Position numbers and translations under genes: made by a program. A stretch of 55,891 bases of DNA, filler included, from Platydemus manokwari (lineage: Eukaryota): the NCBI GenBank assembly GCA_037951405.1. It is 5 parts of 5 records of this genome, joined end to end, with 100 filler letters (N's around TTAATTAATTAA, not from the genome) between each part and the next. Parts side by side here need not be neighbours in the genome. Positions count along the whole stretch, not along the records: positions 9,850 to 20,050 come from JBBMOY011158771.1; positions 20,151 to 32,429 come from JBBMOY010213339.1; 3 more parts are not named here. The stretch is one strand, 5' to 3'. Positions 10,371 to 24,378 of this stretch are shown piece after piece; within the stretch, counting starts at the first letter, position 1, and each line of letters begins with the position of its first letter. The notes beneath the pieces were generated by a model that saw only the letters and a list, made by a program, of their open reading frames with translations, made no database searches and was not told where the DNA came from.

Positions 10371-12307
10371 TATAAATTAATATCAAAAGATAGTAATTTG
10401 TTTTTAAATAGATAATTTGCTAGTTAATTTTAAACGTGTTTTATAAAATGGTGCCGGCTTACATGTGATATACATAATTTTGGGGTATGAAAAAACCAAA
10501 AGTCACAGCACTTATCAAAAAGCTTTTAAAAAATGAAACATCTGATGATCCGGTAATTTAATTTAGTCTCATATTTACTGCCATTACATGATTCCAAGCT
10601 ATTTTCTCAATTGATTTTTTCACCTAAAAGTTTTAGTATGTCAAATGATTTGAAAATTTCCCAGTTTCCAATTTTTGCTGAATAATATTTTCATTTCAAT
10701 AATAAACATTTAAGAATCAAAGCCTGTCTCTTCACAGAGTAATTAATAGATAAATAACACATTATATTTTAAAATATTCTTCTGCATGAACTCTGACTGG
10801 AGTGATTAATTCTTATAAATTTGAGTCAAAATAATCATAAATTTAAATATACCACCAAAATATTAACCATTCAACAACTTCCTGTTATCAATTAACATTC
10901 GTAATATCGAGATTGTTCCACACAAATATCGGTTGCAATATTAATTTAATCTCGAAATTATATTTTACAAAATCATTTTACATCAATAATCTTTATCTCA
11001 TCTCTCCATAGGAAAAAAGAGAGAAAGAGAGAGATAGAATCATTGCTCATCCTTATTTCATATATCGCAAATATTCCATTAAACTCTACCTGAACTTCCT
11101 CATGAGCCGTGAAATTTAATTATCTTCCTACCATGATTATAATATAATTGTAATCCACAATAATAAATGCAATTCGAATCCATCTAGATCTACGATGATA
11201 CAGACCAATCGAAGCGGGCGAAATTAATCTGCCATGAGAAATGGATTGAATAATTTGCTTGAATTGGCTGGCAATTTTAAGCCCATCGATTTACTGAAAT
11301 TGCTCCGAATTATCGCAGCTAATCAAAAATTTAAAACGGATGGGTTTCTAATCATCGTAGTTTCTACAATTACAATGATAATTATAAACATTAACGAGAA
11401 TTAGTGAATAGCGTTTTAATATGATATCTAATAGAATATAATTACAATACAATTTATATAAACCACATTATCGGGGTATCAGTCAACACAACTTATAATA
11501 ACAATTCAAATATCGATAATTCATTTTAGAAATCAGTCCGATTCGAGTATCAATCAATTCTTTACCCATTCTAAAATCAATCCTAGATTTTTTTTACCAT
11601 TCCAATGCCAATTTGTGTCACCTTGAAAGACAATAAACATAAAACCTTGGCCTTATTCATTTTTTATGAATACTTTCATTATTTTCTTTATTTGCACGTG
11701 TGTCTACCAATTACGATATTTAATATTATCTTGAATCGATCCCAAATTTTCATGACATCTTGAATTATATGTTATCTGGAAATCAAATGACGACAAATTG
11801 TGATTATGATGTAGTTAGTGTATGCCGATAAAATCTAATATAGCAAGTATTGGAAACTGATTTAAAATTCACGGCACAAAATTATATTTAGCTTCAATTA
11901 TTTTTACACAAATTAATGTATGAAATCGTATTATCAAATCTTTTAAATTCATTTTTTGAAAATCCTAATCATCATTTTAAAATCCACGCTCTCCTTTCTT
12001 TAAAATATATGATTAAACTCTATGGATTAAATTCCATTCATTCTTATTTATCGCTGTATCAAATTTCCTAGATATTTATCTATTTATAATTTCTATTTCC
12101 TGCATCTGCTTTACATCTTCTTTTTATCAATTTATACATCTTCTGTAACATTTCTTTATATTCCTACTTCTCTACTATCCTTTCATTTGATTAACAGTCT
12201 CAAAATCAAATCCAAATGTACGTTGATAGCCATATCAGTTGATACTATTCCACATGAAATTAGTTTAAACAGAAAATATAATAATTATAATAAAATGATA
12301 GACAGGC

Positions 12308-12470
12308 CTGTTGCGTTTGAAGAGCTACAATATTAGAACACTCTCGAAGACAAACGCAAAGTGGTTTTTAAACGACCACTTTCACTTAACCAAGAGTTCA
12401 CAAGGCGGCCATCTATCAGAATAAAAGCAATCTATCAAAAAGATGATTTGGTACTTTTCGATTTTGTACC
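12308..12470 (+). mobile_element. Possible RTE-like LINE AP-endonuclease N-terminal fragment
   Basis: Reads LLRLKSYNIRTLS, resembling the L.IATYNVRTL start of APE domains. Quickly disrupted. Confidence 0.3.
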
Positions 12471-14008
12471 TGGATAAATTTATAATAATTATTTATTCAT
12501 TCTATAGATTAATTACATTCTTTATTTTCCATTTGATATTGTGTATCCGTCAAGTGGACATTCCCAACTACGTGCTTTCCCAATTTAATATTTTTTAAAA
12601 AGTTTTTATCACGTTACAGTAGAGCAATCCATCTAATAAAAATAACCATGAACAATCGATTATTGTGTAAACTCATTTTATGTTTACAATCCTACCTACA
12701 CTATATGTATTTAATGCTCTGATAGCAGTGAATGCTACCGGTAATGCAATAATCTAACATTAATAACGACCGTCGTATTTTTCGTAAAATACAGACAGTT
12801 TCGCCACCGTCGTATCGCCCAACCATAATCAGTGAATAAAACAAAAATCAAACTAGGAGATAGAAACTTGTTTCAGTAACATTATTATTATTATGAGTTT
12901 TATTGGTAGTTTTAGTATTATTATTAGAATTATTATTATCAATACTCTCATTATCATGTCTATTATTATCGTTTTAATTATTGCTTAGATTGATACTGTG
13001 AGGTTTGAAATTTAAATTGAATTACTAAATTATTAAATTTAATTTATAAAGTTGAATTTAATAATTTAAAACAAAGAATATTTTTAATTAATTATATTAA
13101 AAAATATTTATGATTTATATTGCTCAGACCGTTACTATGTAATCTCTCAAAATATTTTTTGCACTTGAAGTTATGAGTCTTCAAAACAACCTTAAAAGCC
13201 ACGAAGTGTTAGCCACTAAAAGATACTATTCGAAATTGCTTGACTTTATCAATCAATTTTTATTATAACACATAACTCTTGGATTTTTAATTTTTGTTAA
13301 ATGACCTTACCTTATTTTAATATTGATACTAATTTTTGTTACAGAACCGCTATTTGAACCAAAACAACTTTGTCCATAAATTATTAAAGGATTGATAGGT
13401 TATTCGTTTATGCATTACTTTTCTATTAGTACTATTTCTTTTTTGTGATATAGCTTGTCCACGTCATAATCGTAAAAATATTGTTTATCATAAGAATAAA
13501 ATTTGGAATTTTTTAACTGTTAATTTATGAAATGGTTTAATTTAGATCATTAGTATCCCATTTGAGGATCAAGGAAGCTACTTTAGTTTCGTTTTCATAT
13601 TTTCATCACTTTTATATTTAGAATAAACTCAACCGGAGAGTAAATTTCTTTCTAATTCTTTTCACGTTATAATAATTATTATTAGTAATTGTATTGGCAT
13701 AATTACAATTGTTCTTCTTATTCTTTTTCATCTTCTTCTTTTGATTCTTCTTCTTCTTCTCATTACTAATAGTCGTTGTAATTGTATAATGATAATAATA
13801 ATAATGAATTGAAAAAACAAATCCACTTCCAAGTAAAGCCGAACTCTGATGAGTTAGTAAGGATTAAGTATTTTTAATAAATAAATTTACAGATCATAAA
13901 TTTGTCAATTTTGTCCTCGCTAAGCCTATAAATAATAACGATTACTTGAATGATGTATAGTAATATGTTTTTATTTCCGTGGTAAGATCATGTAGAAAAT
14001 TGATATAC

Positions 14009-14538
14009 TGTTGAGTATATCACAAAGCAACTAAAAGGTTTACAGGGACCAAGAAAATAACCCTAAAAAGGGTCGACACACACAAACCCAAAAGCACATA
14101 TGCCGTCAGCCAATCATATTCGTTTTAATATCAATCCATATTTAGTGTCTAAGAATCGATGGGCAAATTGAAGCAAACTCAAATATCTCCAAATACCATA
14201 AGGGATTAGAGGAAAATGTCAAACACACCTATCTACGAACGAATTCAGTAAATGAAAAAGGTTGGCCCTTGACCTCAAACAGACATACCCAATAAAAGAG
14301 GTTGGGGTCAATGAGTAACTGCCAGTTTTCTTTGGTCGGTAGCATGTGTATAAATTTTAATTTTGCGTGATTTCCAGTAACCTGTCTTTTTGATTGGTTT
14401 CTTTTGACTTTTTTTTGACTTTTCGATGCTGATCCCAGCTTGTGTGATAGGCTTGAGAAGAGCTTTAACTGTAGCTATTGGAATTGAGATTGGACAATAC
14501 AATTTTCAGTTTTAAATTATTGTTTATAATTCTCAACA
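14009..14538. mobile_element. Solo LTR, about 530 bp
   Basis: Termini TGTTGAGTAT ... ATTCTCAACA (TG..CA inverted ends). The 4-bp flanks ATAC/ATGC match at 3 of 4 positions (TSD-like). Internal CCAAT (about 14110) and AATAAA (about 14292). Higher GC than surroundings. Confidence 0.6.
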
Positions 14539-14908
14539 ATGCTAAGAATCGTCAATCCAAGAAATTCACCATTTCAATAAAATCAAATATAGTTGTAAGA
14601 ATTAAACTAGCTATTGTATTGTGAGTAGCGTTCTTAGTTTGTAAAAGAACTAAGAATTATTGTATAACCAGAGTGAGATTCTAATCTCGTAAATTATCAA
14701 GTGACTATTTTAAATAACATATTAATCAGCTTCTTCTGTGTATAAAGAGTGGTAATAAATACATTTTTAAAAAATACAGATAATTTTATTATGCCACATC
14801 TTTTATAATTACTCTCTAATTATAAGCTATTAATAACTTATTAAAAAATTTTCAAAATCAATTCTTAATCGATTTATTACAATTAATCAATTAAATTGCT
14901 TATAAGAA

Positions 14909-15262
14909 ATGACGACTAGTAAAAACAATGAAACCTCGAAAAGATTGTTTGAATCTGCTGGTTATGATAAATGGGATCCGAATAAAGGATATTCAGTTAG
15001 TAAATTAAAACAAGAGTCACCTTTGGAAACGTTGATTTCCGGCGCCATTGACAAAGCAATCATTGAACTGGTCAGAGTCAATAATATGGACGTCCGAATT
15101 CTTATTAGTGGATCTACTTGGTATCATAAGAGCTCGATTTTCAGAAAGATGGCACAAGAATTGGGTCTTGATAGTGGCGATGATGATATAGCTCGTGAAT
15201 TGTATCGAATATTCATCTATAACAAAAGACATATTCGTGATAAAATCAATGGATCAACTTGA
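14909..15262 (+). CDS. Intronless 117-aa hypothetical protein with MADF/Myb-SANT-like pattern
   Basis: ATG in a gaaATG context, protein-like composition and raised GC in otherwise stop-rich DNA. IIELVR...K..IFRKMAQELGL resembles MADF LIELVR...K..AW.EIA.ELG. The domain call is by eye only. Confidence 0.55.
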   Translation: MTTSKNNETSKRLFESAGYDKWDPNKGYSVSKLKQESPLETLISGAIDKAIIELVRVNNMDVRILISGSTWYHKSSIFRKMAQELGLDSGDDDIARELYRIFIYNKRHIRDKINGST

Positions 15263-15975
15263 CGACCTTTGAATTTATCCATCGGGAGACTCGACGATTA
15301 TTTTGACATTTATTCCATTGTAAAAAACGCAATCAAAAACTTTATAAATGTTTGGAATTTATGAATGAAAAGCCTCGAAATATTAATAAGATCTGTCGTG
15401 TGGTATTTTATTAATTTACTTTGTATAAATTTTTTTACTTACTAGTTAAACAAGAATGATAATAATTATAGTAATAACATACTTTAATCACATAATTTAT
15501 TTTTAAATAATATATTTTTATAACATGATTATTTATTAATATTAGGTATTAATAAAACTAGCCAGTATAATGTTATTGTTAAAAATATAACTGCAAAAAG
15601 TAACTGAATTTATTTAATTGATAAAAGTTCCTTGAAATAAAAATTTCTACTAATAATCTACAATTCTGCTGGATGGAAATTTACACATCACAAATTGTTT
15701 ATTCTGAACACACAAAACCCACGCACATACAAGTTTATCTACAACAACAAAAAACGAATATAATGAAATATTTACTTTGAGCTTTTATATGCAATTATTT
15801 AGAAATTTCTTAATGTCCCTTAAGGAAGTGTCTGAGGTAGAGTAGCTAGCACATGAAATGTATTTCGAAATGTCTTCGTCATATAATATCACTTTTATTA
15901 TGATTGATTCATTGATCAATCTTAGAAAACTTTTGATACAATGAGATGAAAAAATAAGTCAACATTTTAACTTAA

Positions 15976-15978
<3 letters not shown>

Positions 15979-16012
<34 letters not shown>
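15979..16012. repeat. (AAT)n microsatellite
   Basis: About 11 perfect AAT units. Confidence 0.9.
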
Positions 16013-16977
16013 TTTATAAATATTAACAAATAATTTATACAAAATATCATTAACTATTAAAACAAATAATAACAAAAAATATTAATAATCTAAATAAATT
16101 TAAACAAATTGTTTGAAAAAAAATCAACTCACAACTTGTTGATAATTAAATTCTGGGACTTTAATTATTATAAATAATAATTCATCTATTTTATTACTAA
16201 AGCTAGCTTAATTATTTTATTAATTTAAACAAATTAATTTATTTTAATAATTGTAAATATTTGTCTAGTAATTAAACAAAAAAATATTAATGATATTATT
16301 AATTCAAATAAATCACCAATGGTTGGTGAATACCGATTTATCCCAGTCTCAGTGAACCACAGAAGAGTGGTCACAAGAGGTGCTTGAAAGATTTGTTTTC
16401 AATTGATATCTGCACTGCTGTAGTGAGGTATTAGAGTGTCAATTATGGAAATATTATCACCAAATCCCCATAACTAACCATAATGGGTAATCAATTCAAT
16501 ACCAGCAGAACAATGAGACCCTTTATAACAATAAACTTTTCCCTGTCAAGCACTATTTTCCGCATGTATTAGCCAATTAACTCCTTGTTTTGGTTTTGGA
16601 TTTTTTTCTTGCTTGACAATGTTTTGTTGATCTCTTGAAGTTGAATTCGCTACTAATTTTCAATGAAGAGCTCTAATTCTCTCTTTCTCTCTCTCTCTCT
16701 CGCTACAAAATCATTCTATTTTTATTAATCTTTTCACAAAGGGACTTTTATTGTTGTAACAATCGATTCAAGGTCATTGTTTGCTTTCTAGCATTTTTAG
16801 TCATCTCAAAAAAGTGGAATTTCTGGATTGAATATAGAAATAAATTCAAATCAAAACCATTGATTAAAACAAAAAAAATCGTTCTTTATTAATGAATTGA
16901 TACCGATACAAATTGTGATGATCTATTGACGTTTGATCATAATAATAAAACATTATAAAAAATTGATTTATTGATAG

Positions 16978-17820
16978 GTATGTGGTAAAGGATTCCGACA
17001 AGCCAGTACTCTTTGTCGACACAAAATCATCCACACTTCAGAACGACCACACATTTGTAAAACTTGTGGCAAATCCTTCAATCGAAGTTCCACTCTCAAT
17101 ACTCACATGAGAATCCATCAAGGTTATAAACCATACAAATGTGAAATCTGTGGCAAGGGTTTCCACCAGAAAGGCAATTACAAAAACCATAAACTTACTC
17201 ACAACATTGAGAAACAATTCAAATGTCCGATCTGTACCAAGGCTTTCCATCAGATCTACAATCTGACATTTCATATGCACACACACACCGATAAAAAACC
17301 CTACGTATGTCATCATTGTACCAAGGGTTTCTGTCGAAATTTCGATTTGAAAAAACACATTCGCAAGCTCCATGCCAATGAAAAGATGATCAATGTGCTC
17401 GATTTGCCCGATCAAACGAGACATTTGAAACCTATTGAATCTCATTCGAACAATTACATCAATCCGTGCTCGGAAATATCATCATCGAAATATTCTCCAT
17501 CACCATCGGCATTCAAAGATTTCCATATACCATTCTCGTTTAATAATCGCTATTTCTGTCATTCATCACCAAATAATTATTCATCAATCGGAATCTATCT
17601 GTCACAATTGTCAACATTCAATGTCAAATGTTTACCAAATCCAATGACCATGATACAGAAATTGATTTCGTCCAACAAACCCAACAATTCGCCAAACGAA
17701 CCCATGAATATTCAACATTTTCACAAGATTCTACCTCACATACAATCCTTTTATCAAATGCCATTTCTGTCCCAGTTCAAAGAAGAAAATCACGCTATTT
17801 CCAAATTAGAACATCTATAG
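16978..17820 (+). CDS. fezf: Fez-family C2H2 zinc-finger transcription factor (FEZF1/2, earmuff orthologue), terminal exon
   Basis: After the acceptor ttgatag|, reads [20 protein letters not shown]...[18 protein letters not shown]...[18 protein letters not shown]...[16 protein letters not shown]...[17 protein letters not shown], the diagnostic Fez finger array. Upstream exon(s) not found in the sequenced bases. Confidence 0.93.
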   Translation, partial: VCGKGFRQASTLCRHKIIHTSERPHICKTCGKSFNRSSTLNTHMRIHQGYKPYKCEICGKGFHQKGNYKNHKLTHNIEKQFKCPICTKAFHQIYNLTFHMHTHTDKKPYVCHHCTKGFCRNFDLKKHIRKLHANEKMINVLDLPDQTRHLKPIESHSNNYINPCSEISSSKYSPSPSAFKDFHIPFSFNNRYFCHSSPNNYSSIGIYLSQLSTFNVKCLPNPMTMIQKLISSNKPNNSPNEPMNIQHFHKILPHIQSFYQMPFLSQFKEENHAISKLEHL

Positions 17821-20150
17821 AATGACAATGGAAAACATTTTCTTTTCTTTTTTCATTTCCTTGTTGATTTTCTTGTACATGTTTTGTAGTAGAAATATAT
17901 ATACATAAATATATATTATTGGTCGATGACAAATTGTAAGCGACGAAAAAAAAAATTTAAATTACTAATCAATTGTTTTGTTAATTTCGGGGTTGGTGCG
18001 TTCTCATCTTTGGTAAACTCTGTAAGCTCATCATTCATAGAAAAAATATTTGGATTAAAATGGGCCTCATTCCGATCACTGTGAATTGAGTTAATTCTTT
18101 TATGATAGCAGGCACCTTTTGTGATGATTAATAATAATATCAGATGATATTACACTGTTCATAGGTGAAAAAGGAATAAATTTACGACATTATTTCGGCG
18201 AATCAACTTTTTATTTGACTTGGTTCTGCATGAGTATCTCTTATTCGTGACTGAATCAAAAATCTATCGGGTTGTTGCAATCAATTCTCTAACAGCACCG
18301 TTATATTAGATTATATAATNNNNNNNNNNNNNNNNNNNNNNNNNNNNNNNNNNNNNNNNNNNNNNNNNNNNNNNNNNNNNNNNNNNNNNNNNNNNNNNNN
18401 NNNNNNNNNNNNNNNNNNNNNNNNNNNNNNNNNNNNNNNNNNNNNNNNNNNNNNNNNNNNNNNNNNNNTCCGTTGTATTAAAAACAGTTATAAAATAATT
18501 TGCTTTATTAAACATCGAAAATATTATCTCTCGTTTCTCTTCTAACTGAAATAATAATCGAATCTTTATCTTCTCATTTAAACAAGAAACAGTATTCCAC
18601 TTCAAATTAATAAATAAAAACTAAGTGTATATTTCGAAATTATAGTGAAGAACTTCAATAATAGATGCAAAATTCATCTGACATCAAATTTTAATGAAAC
18701 CATAGAAACAACTGACAACAAAACAAAAATTTCACATGAATATTTTTCAAATCATAATTGATAAACAATACACAAAACAGATTTACTCTTTCACAAACAA
18801 TGTTTTCCGCTCTATCATTTTCTGTTAATTAAAAATAAACATTTCTGTAAATAATGAGAAATACATTCTCGATAGTCGTCAGAAATTACATAAACAACTT
18901 GTGTTTTTTTGTGATGATGTTCATTCTGAACAACGGCAGAACGATGGCAATATAACAGATTAGATAACAATAAATCTATGCCTGAAAACACCGACGTTTA
19001 ACGGTATGGAATTTGTATTAAATGAAAAGAGATTATGAGATCTATTACACTGTAATAATCCTGATTAGTTTTCTTTCATGCAAATATAATGGGGTCATTT
19101 GTATTTACAGTATAACTGGGGTTTAAGTGAGATAAAATTGAGAAAATCGAATAATACTCGAAAATATATTTGAAAAACTAATACAATTATAATTTCTAGT
19201 TTCGGTTTCGTTTACATTTTCTATAAACCTAAGGTATGAAAGGGAAAAACTAATCAAATAGAAATTCAAAATATTTTGGCGATAGTCACTGTTTTGGTCT
19301 TTTGTCTAACTGGAAACGAGTTAAACACAACTTAGAGCTCATTATGCTACTCACACGTAAACTTGGTTTGTTAACTGTAACTGGCTAAGCAAACGATCCA
19401 TTTAATCTATCAGGTAGACATATGGATAGAGTACAACATCATATTAATGTCAAAATCGTGAACGAATCGTTATCTAGAGATTTCAAAATCCTTTTCAAAA
19501 ATCTAATGAAATTTAATGGGCGGAATTATGAATAAGTCAACTCCATAATGCGTGCAGGTGCAACGCTTAACACGAAGAATGGATGTCTGTGTGTATGTAG
19601 AAGGCAAATGAACTGACTTGTAAATCATAAGTGGTTTTGCGATGCTGCATGTAAATGGCGTTCTAGAAGCCCAGGACTAATAATAAGCGAGATATTTATT
19701 TCGAAAATAGCCCAAATCAATTTTCCAAAATATAATCACGCCCATTGAATATTAACATCTCTATATCATCTTTTCATATACGTTGTTAATATTATGTTAT
19801 TCCAATGAGCATAGATTATATTGTCCAGGGAAATTCATAATATTTAAAATTCTTAGTTAATATTATCTAAGTACTGCCCGAATCTATAATAATTATAACG
19901 GCTCAATTTAACCTGTAATTTAAATATAATACAGGGACATAAACAATGGAATTTAACAAATCCTTAATGTGATTAAAATTGATCTTCGAAACCCGATTAT
20001 ACACACCAGAGCAATAAAATATCGAAAATAGGTTAAACCCAATGTATAGCNNNNNNNNNNNNNNNNNNNNNNNNNNNNNNNNNNNNNNNNNNNNTTAATT
20101 AATTAANNNNNNNNNNNNNNNNNNNNNNNNNNNNNNNNNNNNNNNNNNNN

Positions 20151-20216
<66 letters not shown>
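20151..20216. repeat. (AAT)n microsatellite at contig edge
   Basis: More than 20 perfect AAT units adjoining the gap. Confidence 0.95.
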
Positions 20217-20599
20217 TATAATAATAAATACTATATTAAATTTGAAATTAAAATTATATTAATATCAACAATAGTTCAATCAAAGTCTTTCACTTTTTCT
20301 CTTTCTTGTCTTTATCTTTTGCGGGTTTGGAATGATTATCTGCCCTATAAAATCATTAATCTCATGAAGAATGCTTTCATTTCAGTTTACTTCTTATTTC
20401 TATCTTCCTTTTCTTTGGAATTATGAAAGTATTTCTCTCTCCTAAATAAATACATAACAATTTATTATTGAATGTATATTAAATATCCTTAACTCATTTT
20501 CTTTCTTATTCTTTTGGAATGTATATTCTTTATTGTCTTCCTCTCTGTGAACATCAAAATTAAATATTGGATATTAGTTTCAAAAACAGATTTCAAAAT

Positions 20600-21100
20600 A
20601 TTTTCAACGGAACATTAAGTCTCGACAATCCGTTTTTATTATGTTTAAAATCGGTTTATTATTTCATCTAAATGGTAATCGAATCACAATTTAAACCTAT
20701 CATATTTTTAACTTCAATCGAAATGCGATCTGTGGGATCAAAAATATTCCAAGGTCTTTAATTTATTTCATTTTCGTAAGATGATTTTAAATCTGTATAT
20801 CGTTCTTGACATTTCAAATCTTGAATTATTTTTGTCAAAAATTTTTGTCTTCACTTTTCATGGTATAAATACAAATCGTTGATCACCGAACCAATGCTTA
20901 ATCCATATCGGCTATGTTTGCTACCGAATCAGTAACCGTTGGTAAGAACTGATATATCGAAAAAATCAAAACACACATCGAAAATACTTGAATATCATCG
21001 GTAAACATGATAGAATATCAATTCTCAAAAATTACAATTTATCCTTCGAACTGAAGAACGATTGTTATTAGATTATAAATATATCCAATATCGAAATATT
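20600..21100 (-). mobile_element. Highly degraded LINE reverse-transcriptase remnant
   Basis: Minus strand gives YSIMFTDDIQVF (FADD-like, about 21000) followed by KDLGIFL (about 20750), in the order expected for non-LTR RTs. Many stops. A similar weak remnant lies at about 19860-20020. Confidence 0.4.
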
Positions 21101-23170
21101 TGTGACAGTGAATTAATTTTAAAGATTATAATTAAATAAATCTATCATTTCAAGATCATTTTCGATCAGATCAGTTCTGTGGATCAACAAAATATGAATA
21201 GAAAACCATTAGAGAAATAAAGAGAAATATCAATTTAAAAAATTCCCATTTCAAATTCGTGATACACAAAATTCCAATCTCAATATCGGAAATAAAAAAT
21301 AACCCATTTCAAAAGAAATTTAATCTTATCACCAATAAATATTTGCACGACCCATTTTTTGTAATGGTAAAATAAGGAAAAGTAATTAAATTTTAATAAT
21401 AATAATAATATTATAATTATTATTTCTAATGGCTATTTTTATATCATTGTTGATCAGCACGATGTCACACGAAATATTAAAAGATATTTTCTAAAATATT
21501 ATAAGTCGCAGAGATGGGATGATCAATGACAGATGAAAACAAAGACAGTTCTTATTGTTTTATAATCAGAATACTTGTTGAATGTGAACAATAAAAGATT
21601 CAAGCTAAAATGGTGCTATTGTTGTATTATCAATAGGAAAAAATGACAGTCGAATAACATGTTAGAAGTTTTAATATTAAGAGTTCGTTTATCATTAAAT
21701 TTTTGCGAGAAAGACGTTGAATATTGTTGAGTTTATTTTAAAATTAACGATCAATTCTATAAATTTTTAATTAATTTAAATAATAATTATTATATTGAAA
21801 AATGTAATGGGAAAAATACATTGTCTATGACAAAAAGTTAAAAATCGTCTAGATTTTTATGATTTTTGTGAGGATTTTATAGTCTTTGTCAATATTTTTT
21901 AATTCTTATAGATAAAATAATTGAGTAAAAATAAATTTTATTAATTTGCATGAATATTTTGTTTAATATACTTTTGTGTGTTGAATTTCTTAAAGCGTTT
22001 TTCATTCATATTTTACGATACTAGTCACCTCTAACAGTTAAATTTGTTATTATTTAGAACACAGTCCACAAAAATCGTATATTTATACGGTGTGTAAGTG
22101 CACCATATGATTTTAAAGTGGAACCAACAAAAACAAACAAAGAGTAGCCGTTTCGAATCCATCAGTGAACTAATTATGAAATAAAGAATTCGAACCTGAA
22201 TAAGGTTTAGTAGAAAGAATTATATTCCAATCACCGATTCTTCAGTAGCCTTGTAACTCACTATAGAAGTCATGTAAAACACAAATAAAGAGTAAATTCG
22301 TAGTGATAGTAAAATAATTTAATACTTTTTTGTTTCGAAATCAAAAACAATTTGATCGAAAAAATTCTAAGTCGATCGATGAGTTGAGCTGTAATATTTG
22401 AAGTATATTTCACTCGACTTACACAGCTGGAAGTCAATATGTATTCCAAAACATTGAAACCCATATCATTCGATCAGAGTTGCCATCAGAATATTTTCTA
22501 AAATTTCCAATAAACATTTTCCGAACTTTGTTTAAATCGGCAAGATCAAAAACGAAAAACAAAACGACGAAAATATCAATGTAAGCATTAATTTATTTAT
22601 CGTTGTTTTGTCGAAAAGAAATAATGAAAGAAGACATTAAAGCAAAAATAATACCGAAATGAAACCCGAAAGAAAATGAAAAACAAAACTAAATCATTTA
22701 ATTGTATTCTCAATTTTCGGATGATTTCATTATCAAAATTTTGTCAAATTTGATTGCAGCTGATTATTCAAATGAAGTGCCGTGATGGTTTTCTACTGAT
22801 TATTGGATTAATTTTTTTGATCGGCCAAATCTCTACGATTCTTCATCGGATTTGAAAATTAACAATTATTCCACAACTGCCATGTTGGGATAATTCATCG
22901 ATTCTGTGATTAGCAGACAGAGAATTTTCGATTTGAAAAATGAAATATTTCTCTTCGAGAAAGAAAGAAGAAAAAGAGGAAATTTTAATTTTTTTTGCCA
23001 ATAATTTAAACAATATTTTCTTTTCGTGAAAAATAGCAAGATGTTAGGAGTTAATTGCGTTTCTTATGGTGAAGCGAATTTGTTTTAATTATTATAAATG
23101 TATTTATTTGCTGGATTAAATATTTATTTATAAATTCATCATCATTTTTGTATTTGAATTTTAATAAGTA

Positions 23171-23958
23171 CAGTGAACGTTCTATACACGCAACATTCTA
23201 TATAAGCAACATTCAATATAAGCAACCTCTATATAAGCAACTTTTTTATGTTAAATTGCTCTGTAAAAGCAACTTCATTTTTGAATATAGATTGTTAATT
23301 TTGGTTTATGATTTTCTCCTGAACAAATATATAACTGTGATGAAACTAGGCTCGTCTATAAAAAGCTTATCTAATAAAACTAACGTCACTAACTTTCGAA
23401 AAAGTCTCCTGCTGGGAGAAAAGCAATGAAAGAAAGAGTAACAATTATGCCTTGCGTAAACGCTACAGGCACACACAAATTTGATTTAATGATGATTGGT
23501 AAATCAAAGTCCCTCGATGTTTGAAAAACAGGAGCTTGCCACTATATTATAATCATCTAAAAATGCCTGGTAAACTCATGTACTATTCAGGTACTGGTAC
23601 AATGATATGTTTATACTTTCAGTAACTCGACATCTAGAATCTAAAATTCTTGCAGTTAAAGCTTTACTCTTAGTAGACAACGAAACCTGCCATGGGTCTG
23701 AAGATATCTTTAATGGAGATCCGAATTTTAAAGTTATGTTTTTCCCTCCAAACAATACGCCACTATTGCAACCATTGGATGAAAATATTATTAAATCCCT
23801 GAAACAACGCTATCGAAAACATTTGCTAGCATGTATTGCAGCTTTAGGAGCAGAAAATGGAATATATACTACTTTTTCCCTATAAGCAACTTTTCTATAT
23901 AAAAAACTTTTTTTTAAAAAATGGGTTCACAGGAGTTGCGTATACAGAGCGTTCAGTG
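23171..23958 (+). mobile_element. Internally deleted Tigger/pogo (Tc1-mariner superfamily) DNA transposon with DDE_1 pseudogene
   Basis: 24-bp TIRs CAGTGAACGTTCTATACACGCAAC / GTTGCGTATACAGAGCGTTCAGTG (20/24 match), TA on both flanks and subterminal TATAAGCAAC repeats. Frameshifted transposase: KERVTIMPCVNATG...IGKSK...KNAW...KALLLVDN..CH...FFPPNNTPLLQPLD..II.SLK..YRK. Confidence 0.9.
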
Positions 23959-24378
23959 TATATATATATATATAGAAATTTTAATAAATATAGCTAATGA
24001 ATAAATTTAAGATTCCATGAATACTTTCAAATTCGGCCAAGATATAACGCACTGTAAGCATTAAGTGAAATGATTCGGAGTTGTTAAAATAGTAAAAATG
24101 TTCTTAACGATATTGAATTTCTTTTTTTTTATTAATACTTGATGAATTGATAAAAATTTAATAAATAAAAAGCTTCATGAATTTATCAAGACTTAAAACT
24201 TTAGAAACTAAACATCAAATAAGCTATCTTACATGCTTCTTTTTAAGACAATCTTATTTTACTTAAATCAATAATTTTGTTATGCTTAGAAGAGGATTTT
24301 TCAATGCGTTTAATCAATATTACTCTTTAAATTAAAAATTCTGAATTATTTTAAATTAATTGATTTCAAATATAACAG

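Noticed and set aside
17038-17445. 135-aa minus-strand ORF
   Set aside because: Antisense shadow of the fezf zinc-finger exon, a common artefact of C2H2 repeats.
21855-21892. DFCEDFIVFV resembling the M13 DPCEDFY motif
   Set aside because: Lacks the Pro, Tyr and following Cys/Trp, and has no convincing exon context.
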